Source: Thermincola sp. (GTDB lineage Bacteria; Bacillota; Thermincolia; Thermincolales; UBA2595). Taken from it: a stretch of DNA of 52,424 nucleotides. Position 1 is the stretch's first letter. The number at the start of each line of letters is the position of its first letter. A model generated the notes under the pieces. That model worked only from the letters and a program-made list of their open reading frames with translations, made no database searches and was not told where the DNA came from. The translations under genes and the position numbers were made by a program. The stretch lies in contig DYZU01000164.1 of NCBI GenBank assembly GCA_022735835.1, positions 1-52,424 on the forward strand, given 5' to 3'. Below are positions 27,949 through 37,076 of the stretch, piece after piece.

Positions 27949-27984
27949 GGCCGCAGTAACGTTTTATTGAAGGAGGAATTGCCA

Positions 27985-29235
27985 ATGAAAAGTTATCTTC
28001 AACTGGCTCGTCATGAAGGAAACACCGACTTGTTTGATGCAGTGGAAATGGCCATCATATCTTCATTATGGGGAGTCCCCCTGCACCTTCACGCCGAAGG
28101 GCTGAGAGGGACCGGAAAAACTACAATAATGAGGGCGGTACGGGATATCTTACCGCATATAGTCAGAATCAGAGGGTGCCTGTACAACTGTGCCCCTGAA
28201 AAACCACACTGTCCACACCATAAAGCGCTTACGCCTCAGCAGATAGCGGCGCTGGGAACCGAAGAGGTACCCATGCCGTTCCTGGAAATCTCCCATTCGG
28301 CAAAGATCGGCACTATCGCCGGGAGCATAGACTTAGCAAAAATAACTGAGCCTGCCAACCCAACAGCCGCCATTTTGCCCGGAATAATTCCCCAGGCCCA
28401 CCGGGGTATCATCTTTGTTGATGAAATCAACAGGCTGGCTGATACATCTCCTGAGCTCACGGATGTCCTGCTTGATGTTATGGGTACCAAGCCGGGGCGG
28501 ATCCAGATTGAGGAGACAGGACTACCGGTGGTGGAGATTCCGGTGCAGGTTTCTGTATGGGCAGCATCCAACCCGGACGAAGAGCCGGGCTCGCTGCAGC
28601 AGATACGCCGCCAGCTGGCTGACCGCTTCGACCTGGTTATAGCGATGGGCCGTACCGATGACCCCGACATTATTTCCGACATCCTGAGACAGAGCTGGCC
28701 CGGCAGCAGAGGGAAACTTGATATGGAACAGAACCAGGCTGACAAGAAACTTAAGTTCAGAAAAGAAATGGAAACGACAGCAGCCCGGTACGCCCATCTT
28801 GCATTGCCGGAATTCCTGCAGAATTACATCGCCAGGATATATGTCAAATATGGACTGGAAAGTTTCCGGTCTGTCGAGGCAATTCAGCATGCGGCAATAT
28901 TAAATTGTGCCCTCCAAAAAAGGGAGACCGTGCTGGTAAGCGACATAATCAGGATAATGCCCATGGCCCTAAGGCACAGGGTAGACAGTGAAGTTCTGAC
29001 CGGGATCATTAATTCTGCCCCTGATAATTCAGGCAGCAGCTCGTTCATAAAACCTGTTTTGAGTTTTCTGGGAATTAAATGCCAGAATGGCAATGATTCC
29101 GTTAACGTTACACCCGGAGATACAGCAGGTAATAAGTTTGAAAAACCGGCATACCCCGGAGAGCAAAAAAATAACAGCGTAAAACGCCTTAACGAGATTA
29201 GCCTGGAAAACCTGATCAAGCCAGAAGGTCGGTGA
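27985..29235 (+). CDS. ChlI/BchI-like AAA+ ATPase with Cys/His-rich insert
   Basis: Walker A GLRGTGKTT, Walker B GIIFVDEINRL, sensor-1 WAASNP and the Arg-finger region LADRFDL. The insert CLYNCAPEKPHCPHH follows Walker A. AGGAGG lies 8 nt upstream of the ATG at 27985. Confidence 0.75.
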   Translation: MKSYLQLARHEGNTDLFDAVEMAIISSLWGVPLHLHAEGLRGTGKTTIMRAVRDILPHIVRIRGCLYNCAPEKPHCPHHKALTPQQIAALGTEEVPMPFLEISHSAKIGTIAGSIDLAKITEPANPTAAILPGIIPQAHRGIIFVDEINRLADTSPELTDVLLDVMGTKPGRIQIEETGLPVVEIPVQVSVWAASNPDEEPGSLQQIRRQLADRFDLVIAMGRTDDPDIISDILRQSWPGSRGKLDMEQNQADKKLKFRKEMETTAARYAHLALPEFLQNYIARIYVKYGLESFRSVEAIQHAAILNCALQKRETVLVSDIIRIMPMALRHRVDSEVLTGIINSAPDNSGSSSFIKPVLSFLGIKCQNGNDSVNVTPGDTAGNKFEKPAYPGEQKNNSVKRLNEISLENLIKPEGR

Positions 29236-30989
29236 TTTTTGTGGTCCGTAATTCCAGTGAAAGCTACAATAATCAAAAATTAAAAATCATATCCAGCCGC
29301 CTGCAGGATTATTTCAGTCTGGACCAGGGTGTTATCATGGGCAGTACCGCAGTGGTCAGCCGGAAGATGCATCAGGAATCCGGCAAACACTCCGGGGAAA
29401 TCAGTATTTTCCGGGACAGGGACGCCGGTTTGTATTACCTGCAGACCGAGGAACCAAATAAAGTTGTGCATATCGACGTACTCCACCGGCCCGGGGAAAT
29501 CAACCAGGTTGATGTAGCCAACCGTATTCGCCGGATCATTCCCGCTTATCTTACCGTTGTTGACCGCAACCATGACCGGAGTGAAGAAGAAAAGAATTTG
29601 GCGGCCGCCAACCTGGCCAGAAAAGTAATCCTTTATACGGCGATGGGTTACGGTACCGTAATTGACCCTGACCAGAAAGCGGTGCGCGGGACTGATGACA
29701 GGTATATCGGCCACGTCCACATACTGGCTAAGCTGGTTCCAAGGTATTACAGCCTGGTTTACTGTATCATTGACGAGGTGGAACGTTCCGTTATATACCA
29801 GGGAGGTGAATTGAGGCCGGTTTTCAAGATAGTCCACTACGGAGGCCAGAGAGATATTCCCTTAACCTCCCGTTCTTCTCTTTACCTGCCGCCCATCACT
29901 GACAATATGCCTGAAGTCCTGAAAAGACAAAACATGTTCCAGATAATTACCGGCCTTTCCATCCAGTTGGGCAGCATGGAAGCGGCGGCCGATCTCCTTC
30001 AGGCTCTCACGCCGGTGCGAAACTATAAGCTCGCCAACCTCCACCGGATTCATGAAAACCTGGGGGAAATCCTCTCCCAAATAGTATCCGCAAATCTGGC
30101 CAGGCTGACCCCGTTTGGTTATACCTTGACGAAAACCGGTCGTGAGATGGAAGAATTTTTGCACCGAAACCAGAAAGAACTGGCTGCTGAAATACGCAAA
30201 ACTATCAGGCAGTTTAAGGCTGTCCCGGCAAGATATCGTTCCTTCCGTTATTCCCACCTGAAGTCAAAAGAAAAACAGTTCCCCGACCGGCATAAAACCG
30301 TGCCTCCGAACAGCAATAAATCATGGCCCGGGGAAATTGCGGTTCCGGAAACGGTGGTCCAAGCCGCCAAGAGATGTTTTTTGAGCGGTTCTTCTCGGAT
30401 AAAGATCAGTGACAGGGATATTCGCGTCTACGCCAGGAAATCCTATGCGCCGGTAGATACCTGTCTGCTGGTCGACTGCAGCGGCAGCATGATGGGAGAA
30501 CGCATTAAAGCCGTCGGTTATGTGGCCAAATACCTGCTGTTAAACAGCAGGGAGAAAATCTCGCTGGTTACTTTCCAGGAGAAGGAAGCCAAAGTTATGG
30601 TACCATTTACCAGGAGTTATGAAGACCTCCACAAAGGCCTGGCTAAAATTGTGCCAAGCGGGCTGACACCCCTGGCCCACGGCATCACCGTAACCCTGGA
30701 CATGTTCAAAAATAAACGCCCTCGCAACCCCCTCCTGGTGCTGGTTACCGACGGGATTCCGAATCACCCGTTGTGGACAACCGACCCCGTTAAAGACGCG
30801 CTAAAAGCGGCAGCCATGATAGCAGAACAAAAAATCCGTTTTGTCTGCATCGGCATCGACCCGGACTATAAATTTCTTCCCTTGCTGGCTGAAGCGGGCA
30901 AAGGAAACATATATATAGTTGACGAAAACGACCGGAATAATATGATTGACATCATAACCCGGGAAAAAAAGCAGTACCAGGGCAACTAG
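29232..30989 (+). CDS. Large VWA-domain protein (unknown ~400-aa N-terminal region plus C-terminal von Willebrand A domain with MIDAS motif)
   Basis: MIDAS DCSGSM, then LVTF...GLTPLAHG...LVLVTDGIPN. The GTG start overlaps the upstream TGA (GTGA), which suggests coupling. An alternative ATG lies at 29337. Confidence 0.7.
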   Translation: MIFVVRNSSESYNNQKLKIISSRLQDYFSLDQGVIMGSTAVVSRKMHQESGKHSGEISIFRDRDAGLYYLQTEEPNKVVHIDVLHRPGEINQVDVANRIRRIIPAYLTVVDRNHDRSEEEKNLAAANLARKVILYTAMGYGTVIDPDQKAVRGTDDRYIGHVHILAKLVPRYYSLVYCIIDEVERSVIYQGGELRPVFKIVHYGGQRDIPLTSRSSLYLPPITDNMPEVLKRQNMFQIITGLSIQLGSMEAAADLLQALTPVRNYKLANLHRIHENLGEILSQIVSANLARLTPFGYTLTKTGREMEEFLHRNQKELAAEIRKTIRQFKAVPARYRSFRYSHLKSKEKQFPDRHKTVPPNSNKSWPGEIAVPETVVQAAKRCFLSGSSRIKISDRDIRVYARKSYAPVDTCLLVDCSGSMMGERIKAVGYVAKYLLLNSREKISLVTFQEKEAKVMVPFTRSYEDLHKGLAKIVPSGLTPLAHGITVTLDMFKNKRPRNPLLVLVTDGIPNHPLWTTDPVKDALKAAAMIAEQKIRFVCIGIDPDYKFLPLLAEAGKGNIYIVDENDRNNMIDIITREKKQYQGN

Positions 30990-31846
30990 TTTTCCAACAG
31001 CGTCTCGGCATCCATCAGGGAATCGGCTATTTCCGCAATAGTCTCTTCTATCATGTTCTCCGTGAGGTTTAATCGGTCTGTGGCAAAACCGTCGAAGGGG
31101 TACAACAGGCCGTCCCCGCCAAGCCCAATACCCATGGACATACTGGCAGCGTCAGCCACGTGGACAATAGAGGTCAGTTTGGGGTTATTTATAGCTTCCC
31201 TGGGAGAATGATGTTTGGCGATAGCCTCCACCAGTATTTCGGGGAGATTCCATTTTTCTGCCACCCGGGCTCCCACCACGGCATGGTCAAAACCAAGTAT
31301 CTGCCGTTCCGCCTCCATGAAAGGAATTTTCTCTTCATTCACTTTATTGATTACAGAAAGAAAAGCGCTGGTCATATATGTATTTAAAACCGTTTTGCCG
31401 ATATCATGCAGCAAGCCGGCTATAAATGCCTGGTCGGGCAGTTCATAACCAGTCCTTCTGGCCAGCGACCTGGCTGTCAGGGCCGTGGACATGGAATGCT
31501 TCCACAGGTCACCCTTCGGTAAAAAGTATCCCTGAAACTCCTTGTCCATCACATTATATACCGATGCCGCCAGCACCAGGCTCCGGATAGTACCGAAACC
31601 TAAAATAACCACTGCCTCATTAATGCTGTAAATCCTCCGCGCATAACCGTAATACGCCGAATTTGCCATCCTCAGCACCTTGGCAGTAAGAACCTGGTCT
31701 TTTGTAATAACCTCAGACAATTCGGGAATGGTGGTCTTGGGGTCGCTGGTGAGTTTCAGCACTTTGTGCGTAATATTCGGCAGGGCCGGTAATTCCTCAA
31801 CTTTTTGCACAATATCATTAAGAGACAACTCCCCCACAAACATCAA
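30986..31846 (-). CDS. HDOD domain-containing signalling protein
   Basis: LPALPNITHKVLKLTSDP...LTAKVLRMANSAYYG and LLHDIGK motifs typical of HDOD. Confidence 0.8.
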   Translation of the reverse strand: MMFVGELSLNDIVQKVEELPALPNITHKVLKLTSDPKTTIPELSEVITKDQVLTAKVLRMANSAYYGYARRIYSINEAVVILGFGTIRSLVLAASVYNVMDKEFQGYFLPKGDLWKHSMSTALTARSLARRTGYELPDQAFIAGLLHDIGKTVLNTYMTSAFLSVINKVNEEKIPFMEAERQILGFDHAVVGARVAEKWNLPEILVEAIAKHHSPREAINNPKLTSIVHVADAASMSMGIGLGGDGLLYPFDGFATDRLNLTENMIEETIAEIADSLMDAETLLEN

Positions 31847-31869
31847 TCCTTTCCGTTGTTATCCCTTTC

Positions 31870-32334
31870 TTACCTGGCGCTGAACTTTCTTTCCAAAAAC
31901 AGCCGGTAACCGCGGAACTCCTCGCTGATCCTGAACAGAGCCCGTTCAATGTCGGTCTTCGTCAATACCATATTGTCAGGTTCCAGAATTTCTATCTTTC
32001 TGAACTCTGACCTGGCAATAAGTTTGATGATGTCCTCCAGGCTGTCAGAAGTTATGGACAGGATAACGGGAGCATAAGCTACCTGGGCATTTAGTATTTC
32101 ATCAAACACGGTATAAACATCACCGCTCATGTCCACCTCGTCAATGGTTATCCCCTGGATAGGTACATTGCGCAGCATGCCCACCTGCTGCTCCCTCATT
32201 TCCTCCGCAACTTCCTCGGTGCTTTTGCCCCCGAAAAAGAATTTCCCCGGCTTTTGCGTACCTTTATAGTCAAATCTAACTTTTGCCCGAATTGCCGAAT
32301 TGAGCATTTCGTCACCCACCTTTGTCCTGACCAT
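31870..32334 (-). CDS. Hypothetical protein
   Basis: 154-aa ORF co-directional with and 23 nt upstream of the HDOD gene. No motif recognised. Confidence 0.45.
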   Translation of the reverse strand: MVRTKVGDEMLNSAIRAKVRFDYKGTQKPGKFFFGGKSTEEVAEEMREQQVGMLRNVPIQGITIDEVDMSGDVYTVFDEILNAQVAYAPVILSITSDSLEDIIKLIARSEFRKIEILEPDNMVLTKTDIERALFRISEEFRGYRLFLERKFSAR

Positions 32335-32476
32335 ACTGTTCTCCTTTCAATACCGCAATTTTTGTTAATTTTCGCCAATGTCAGAAAAAATCCTGCCGCC
32401 AGAAATAAAAACTTATTTGCGACAGGTGTTTACCATAGGTCGTATTGTTTAATAGATGACTAAAGGGCTGTTCACT

Positions 32477-32719
32477 CTAATCCCAGATAACCTGTTCACT
32501 GCCACATTCGTAACAGATATTGAAATAATCTTCAGGCCTTTCCCAGGCTTCCTGAGCCGTATCCAGGTCTGCCCCGAGACTTTCCATTTCAGTAATATAA
32601 CCATTATGGTCAAAATTAGCCACCAGCCCCGATACCGGGCCGTTTGCTGTAGGAGCTGCGGGAGGCACATAGGTGCTGCCGAAACTGAAATTATTGCCGC
32701 ACCTGGCGCATCTGGGCAT
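32477..32719 (-). CDS. Small zinc-ribbon protein
   Basis: 80 aa with an N-terminal CxxC (CARC) and a C-terminal CxxC (CYEC). Confidence 0.45.
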   Translation of the reverse strand: MPRCARCGNNFSFGSTYVPPAAPTANGPVSGLVANFDHNGYITEMESLGADLDTAQEAWERPEDYFNICYECGSEQVIWD

Positions 32720-32867
32720 CTAACTTCACTCTCCTGGCATTACCTGTCTGCTATTATAACCTGCTATTATCATTGGACATCCTGTGGATTAATATGCATA
32801 AAAATGAATTAGCAATAAACACTAAGACAGAAAAGCTTGATCAAATATTTCTGAAAGGGTGATTTGT

Positions 32868-33374
32868 TTGCGCCGCACTGTTATAGGGCTTTTTAAATCC
32901 CTGGACCAGGCCGAGAGAGCCCTGACTCAGATTGAAACCACAGGTCATGCCAACAACCAGATATCACTGCTGGTAAAAAAGTATCCTGACCGTGACCTGG
33001 GAATCAATGAAGAATATGCCGAAGAGATTAGCGGTGATCCTTCCATCGGTATTCTCCATGATTTTGACAGCTTCCTGGTCCAGGCAGACGAGGTTGAACT
33101 CCCGGTCATCGGAACGGTAACCGCCGGCGGACCCCTGGCGGGAACCCTGATCCAGGGAGATAAATCGCTGGCGGAAGCTCTTGGTTATTACGGGGTAGGC
33201 CATGAACGCGCAGCTCAGATTGAAAATTTCGTTGATGACGGTTACGTCCTGACTGTTATAGAAACCAATAACTCCAAAGCCAGTGAAGTGGCCAACCTGC
33301 TGAGCAGGTACGGCGCCCACGGGGTGGAAAAATGGAGCAAGACAATTGATAAGCCTATAAGACCATGGAATTAG
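32868..33374 (+). CDS. YflT/general-stress-protein-17M-like domain protein
   Basis: The N-terminus RRTVIGLFKSLDQAERALTQIETTG...ISLLVKK resembles the YflT domain. GAAAGGGTGA precedes a TTG at 32868. The ORF is open from 32859. Confidence 0.5.
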   Translation: MRRTVIGLFKSLDQAERALTQIETTGHANNQISLLVKKYPDRDLGINEEYAEEISGDPSIGILHDFDSFLVQADEVELPVIGTVTAGGPLAGTLIQGDKSLAEALGYYGVGHERAAQIENFVDDGYVLTVIETNNSKASEVANLLSRYGAHGVEKWSKTIDKPIRPWN

Positions 33375-33380
33375 AACAAG

Positions 33381-33418
33381 AAAACAGGCCAGTTCAAGAA
33401 CTTTCCGGCCTGTTTTTG
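33381..33418. terminator. Bidirectional terminator between convergent YflT-like and cheX genes
   Basis: AACAGGCC...GGCCTGTT stem with an inner AGTTC/GAACT extension, flanked by an A-run and a T-run. Confidence 0.65.
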
Positions 33419-33444
33419 TTACTCCTGTTTCGTCAGCCACTGTT

Positions 33445-33912
33445 TTAATTTCCACCTTCTTCCAGCGCTACACTCAATTCAATGACTCCTATATCCGAAT
33501 GAAGCGGTATCAGGATTCTCTTTCTTTCCAATGTGGATATGCTGGCCCGCTGCCCGTAGAGAAGCATGGGAGGAGTTATATCAGATATATAACCTGTCGT
33601 TTCCAGTTTGGCCAGAGCCCGGCCGGCAATAACATTGCCCAATTCGGCAATACCGCTGATAACCCAGTCGTTAAAAGACTCCACCGGCTCTCCTAATATT
33701 TTCTCCACTAATTTTAAAGCGGTGGAAATTGACATCCCAATAAGGAAAGTTCCTCTTACAGCCCCAATGACATTTATTAAAACAGTGATTTCCTGGGTAG
33801 TCCACTTAGAGGAAGCCAACGACAGCTCGCCGCGTACTCCTTTTATTCCGGTTTCAATCTCCAGGATCTCATGAGCAGCAGTCAAAAAAGGATTAATGAT
33901 TTCCGCTTTCAA
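33445..33912 (-). CDS. cheX: CheX-type chemotaxis phosphatase
   Basis: GIAELGNVIAGRA...ITPP motifs and overall colinearity with Thermotoga CheX. Confidence 0.8.
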   Translation of the reverse strand: MKAEIINPFLTAAHEILEIETGIKGVRGELSLASSKWTTQEITVLINVIGAVRGTFLIGMSISTALKLVEKILGEPVESFNDWVISGIAELGNVIAGRALAKLETTGYISDITPPMLLYGQRASISTLERKRILIPLHSDIGVIELSVALEEGGN

Positions 33913-33957
33913 TTAACTCTCTCCTTTTTCCAGGGTGTTGCCCAAAACTTTCGCGTC

Positions 33958-35604
33958 TCAGGAATTATATTTGGCTGCAATGGGCATTCTTCTCCCCATT
34001 CCAAAGGCTTTTGAGGTAACTTTAAGCCCGGGAGCCGCCTGTTTTCTTTTATACTCATTCCTGTCCACCGTTTCAATCACCCAGCGCACGGTTTCCGGGT
34101 TAAAGCCCCTACCGATAATTTCGCCGGCTGAATATCCCTCGTCCAGGTAGTAATGGAGTATTTGGTCAAGGATATCATACGGCGGCAGCGTGTCCTGGTC
34201 CCGCTGGTCCGGCCTCAATTCCGCAGACGGCGCTTTTTCTATAATTTCCCGGGGGATAAGCTGCCGGTTCCGGTTAATATGACGGGCCAACTCATATACC
34301 ATGGTTTTAGGCACATCGGAAATAACGCTCAATCCCCCGCTCATGTCTCCGTACAAAGTACAGTAGCCGACTGCCACCTCACTCTTATTTCCCGTGGAAA
34401 GCACCAGGTGCCCGAACTTATTGGAAAAAGCCATCAGGATGTTCCCGCGAATCCGGGCCTGAATGTTCTCTTCGGTAACGTCAGTACCTCTCCCCCGAAA
34501 ATAGTCCGCCAAAGTCTCAAGATAAGCCGAATAGATGCCGGAAATCGGAATCACCTTGAATTCTATGCCAAGATTTTCGGCCAGTTTTTTTGAATCCTCG
34601 ATACTCCCCGGTGAAGAGTAAGGGGAAGGCATAGAAATACCAAGGACATTTTCTCGCCCCAGAGCCGCTACCGCCAGGCAGCATGTAACGGCGGAATCGA
34701 TTCCGCCTGAGAGGCCCAGAACCACCTTGGAAAAACCGCATTTTCGGATATAATCCCGGAGACCCAGAACCAATGCCTCATATATGGATTCCACTTTATC
34801 CTGGGGAACATACAGCCCCGGTCTCCCTTTTTTGCTCATATCGACGGTTTGCACCTGTTCCCGGAATGCCGGGAAAACCTGAATAGGCTCGCCGTCCTTG
34901 TCTACGCAGAAACTCCTGCCGTCAAATATAAGCTCATCGTTCCCGCCGATTTGGTTTACGTAGACGAACGGTATTTTATGTTTCCGGGCATGGTTTTGGA
35001 TTATCCGGTAGCGGATCTCTTCTTTTCCTATCTGAAACGGGGAGGCCGAAATGTTGACCAGGATAGAAGCGCCTTTTTTTACCAGTTGTTCGATGGGGTC
35101 ATAGGAATAATGCCTTTTCGTCCATAGTTCAGGGTCGTTCCAGGCATCTTCACATATGGTGACTCCCACAGTTTCCCCTTTAAAAGGCACCGGGCTGACT
35201 TCCGGCGCGGGGTCAAAATACCTTGCTTCATCAAATACATCATAAGTAGGTAGCAGAGACTTGGGCTGGCTGGTTAGTACCTTGCCCTGGTAAATTAATA
35301 CGGCGGTGTTGTAAAGCCCTCTCCCGGGCTGTTTTGCACTTGGCAGCGGAGCGCCTATAATTAACCCGGTCCGGGGATGATTTTCCGAAATCTTAGCCAG
35401 TTCCTGGACCGCATCGCAGGCCTTTTCAATAAAAGACGGCCTCTCCAGGAGGTCTCTGGGGGGATACCCCACCAGGAAAAGTTCGGGAAAGACCAGTAAA
35501 TCAGGAGAATCTTTACTAATGTCGGCCAGTATTTTAACCGCTTTCCGCAGGTTCCCGTCGATGTCTCCCACCACCGGATTGACTTGGGCCACAGTTACCT
35601 TCAT
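33958..35604 (-). CDS. nadE: Glutamine-dependent NAD+ synthetase
   Basis: N-terminal nitrilase/CN-hydrolase domain plus a C-terminal synthetase domain with GLSGGIDSAV. GGAGGA precedes the ATG at 35604. Confidence 0.9.
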   Translation of the reverse strand: MKVTVAQVNPVVGDIDGNLRKAVKILADISKDSPDLLVFPELFLVGYPPRDLLERPSFIEKACDAVQELAKISENHPRTGLIIGAPLPSAKQPGRGLYNTAVLIYQGKVLTSQPKSLLPTYDVFDEARYFDPAPEVSPVPFKGETVGVTICEDAWNDPELWTKRHYSYDPIEQLVKKGASILVNISASPFQIGKEEIRYRIIQNHARKHKIPFVYVNQIGGNDELIFDGRSFCVDKDGEPIQVFPAFREQVQTVDMSKKGRPGLYVPQDKVESIYEALVLGLRDYIRKCGFSKVVLGLSGGIDSAVTCCLAVAALGRENVLGISMPSPYSSPGSIEDSKKLAENLGIEFKVIPISGIYSAYLETLADYFRGRGTDVTEENIQARIRGNILMAFSNKFGHLVLSTGNKSEVAVGYCTLYGDMSGGLSVISDVPKTMVYELARHINRNRQLIPREIIEKAPSAELRPDQRDQDTLPPYDILDQILHYYLDEGYSAGEIIGRGFNPETVRWVIETVDRNEYKRKQAAPGLKVTSKAFGMGRRMPIAAKYNS

Positions 35605-35674
35605 GTTGTGATTGTCCTCCTCCAAGAATAGAACTTATGCCGAAGCCTCTTTTCTATTTTATCACAATAAAAAA

Positions 35675-36394
35675 CTAGTTGCTTATTTTATCTTTCAGCC
35701 TCTTTATTTCACCTTTTGTCAGGCGCCTGAATTCACCCGGGGCAAGTTCCCCCAATTTCAGAAAATCCAGGGAAACACGCTTCAGTTCCAGGACAGGATG
35801 GCCTATTGTTTCACACATGCGGCGGATCTGCCTGTTACGGCCTTCATAGATAGTTATTTCCAAAAGGGCATTGTTTCCCCTTTTCTTTAACAATTTCACC
35901 TTGGCCGGGGCAGTCGGCCCATCTGCCAGGCGAAGCCCTTTCCGAAAGCGCTTGAGCTTGTCCTGGTCAGGTACCCCTTGTACCAGGGCCGTGTAAGTCT
36001 TACCTATCTGATGCCTGGGATGGGTCAGCGCATATGTCAAGGCACCGTCGTTGGTCAACAGGAGCAGGCCTTCGGTGTCAAAATCGAGCCTCCCGACAGG
36101 GTAAACCCTGGTTTTTAACCCTTTCAGGAGATCCGTAACCTTGGGCCGCCCCTGCGGGTCTCTGAGGGTTGTAACATAACCCCTGGGCTTATTTAAGAGA
36201 ATGTATACCTTCTCTTCTTTTTCTTGAATGACTTTCCCGGCAACTTCTACCACGTCATTCTCCGGGTCAACTTTTATGCCCATTTCCCGCACTACTGTTC
36301 CGTTTACTTTAACCTGACCTTCCGCAATCAGTTTCTCACATGACCTTCTGGAAGCTACCCCGGCATGGGCCAGAAATTTCTGCAACCGCTCCAT
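35675..36394 (-). CDS. rluB: rRNA pseudouridine synthase (RluB/RsuA family)
   Basis: S4 domain (RLQKFLAHAGVASRR) and catalytic GRLDFDTEGLLLLTNDG. Start set at ATG 36394. Confidence 0.88.
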   Translation of the reverse strand: MERLQKFLAHAGVASRRSCEKLIAEGQVKVNGTVVREMGIKVDPENDVVEVAGKVIQEKEEKVYILLNKPRGYVTTLRDPQGRPKVTDLLKGLKTRVYPVGRLDFDTEGLLLLTNDGALTYALTHPRHQIGKTYTALVQGVPDQDKLKRFRKGLRLADGPTAPAKVKLLKKRGNNALLEITIYEGRNRQIRRMCETIGHPVLELKRVSLDFLKLGELAPGEFRRLTKGEIKRLKDKISN

Positions 36395-36462
36395 TGCACA
36401 CCCTACCTTCTTTACAACAATCACGACCAGCCCCGGCGCCAACCGCTGAGCTTAGTATTACC

Positions 36463-36491
36463 ATTATACTGTAATTCGGTTCTTTGTGCAA
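36463..36491 (-). promoter_or_regulatory. Candidate sigma-A promoter for rluB
   Basis: Minus strand: TTGCAC, a 17-nt spacer, then TATAAT. Confidence 0.5.
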
Positions 36492-36511
36492 AAATGATAA
36501 GTACACTGTAA

Positions 36512-37048
36512 CTATTTGAAGACAAGATTGCAGATCACAACCGAGGCAATAAAACCGGTGATGTCAGCGGAAAGTCCCGCTATGACCGCATAACGGTATC
36601 TGATGACATTTACTGACCCGAAATACAGGGTCAGGACAAAGAAAGTGGTATCCGTACTGCCCTGCAGGGTTGAAGCCAGCCTCCCGATAAAACTGTCCGG
36701 GCCGTAAGTTTTGATCAATTCAGCAGTAATGCCGAGGGCTCCCCCTCCCGACAAAGGTCTCATAATCCCCAGGGGTATTACCTCTGCCGGAATGCCAAAC
36801 ATATCCGTAACCGGGGACAATACTTGCACAAACAGTTCCATGGCTCCGGAAGCCCGGAACACGCTGATGGCGACAAACATGGCAACCAGGAAAGGTATGG
36901 TCTTAATGGCCGTGGTAAAGCCTTCCTGGGCGCCCTGGACAAATGTTTCATAAACATTAACCCTCCTGACAAAAGCCAGCAGGGTTATCGCGAATAAAAT
37001 CAACGGAATTGCCCATTTCGCGGCAAGCGAAACCATTTCTATAAACAT
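36512..37048 (-). CDS. spmB: Spore maturation protein B
   Basis: 178-aa nucleoside-recognition-type membrane protein directly downstream of the spmA-like gene. Confidence 0.8.
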   Translation of the reverse strand: MFIEMVSLAAKWAIPLILFAITLLAFVRRVNVYETFVQGAQEGFTTAIKTIPFLVAMFVAISVFRASGAMELFVQVLSPVTDMFGIPAEVIPLGIMRPLSGGGALGITAELIKTYGPDSFIGRLASTLQGSTDTTFFVLTLYFGSVNVIRYRYAVIAGLSADITGFIASVVICNLVFK

Positions 37049-37076
37049 CTTTGGCTACCCCCGTAAATTTTCCCGG

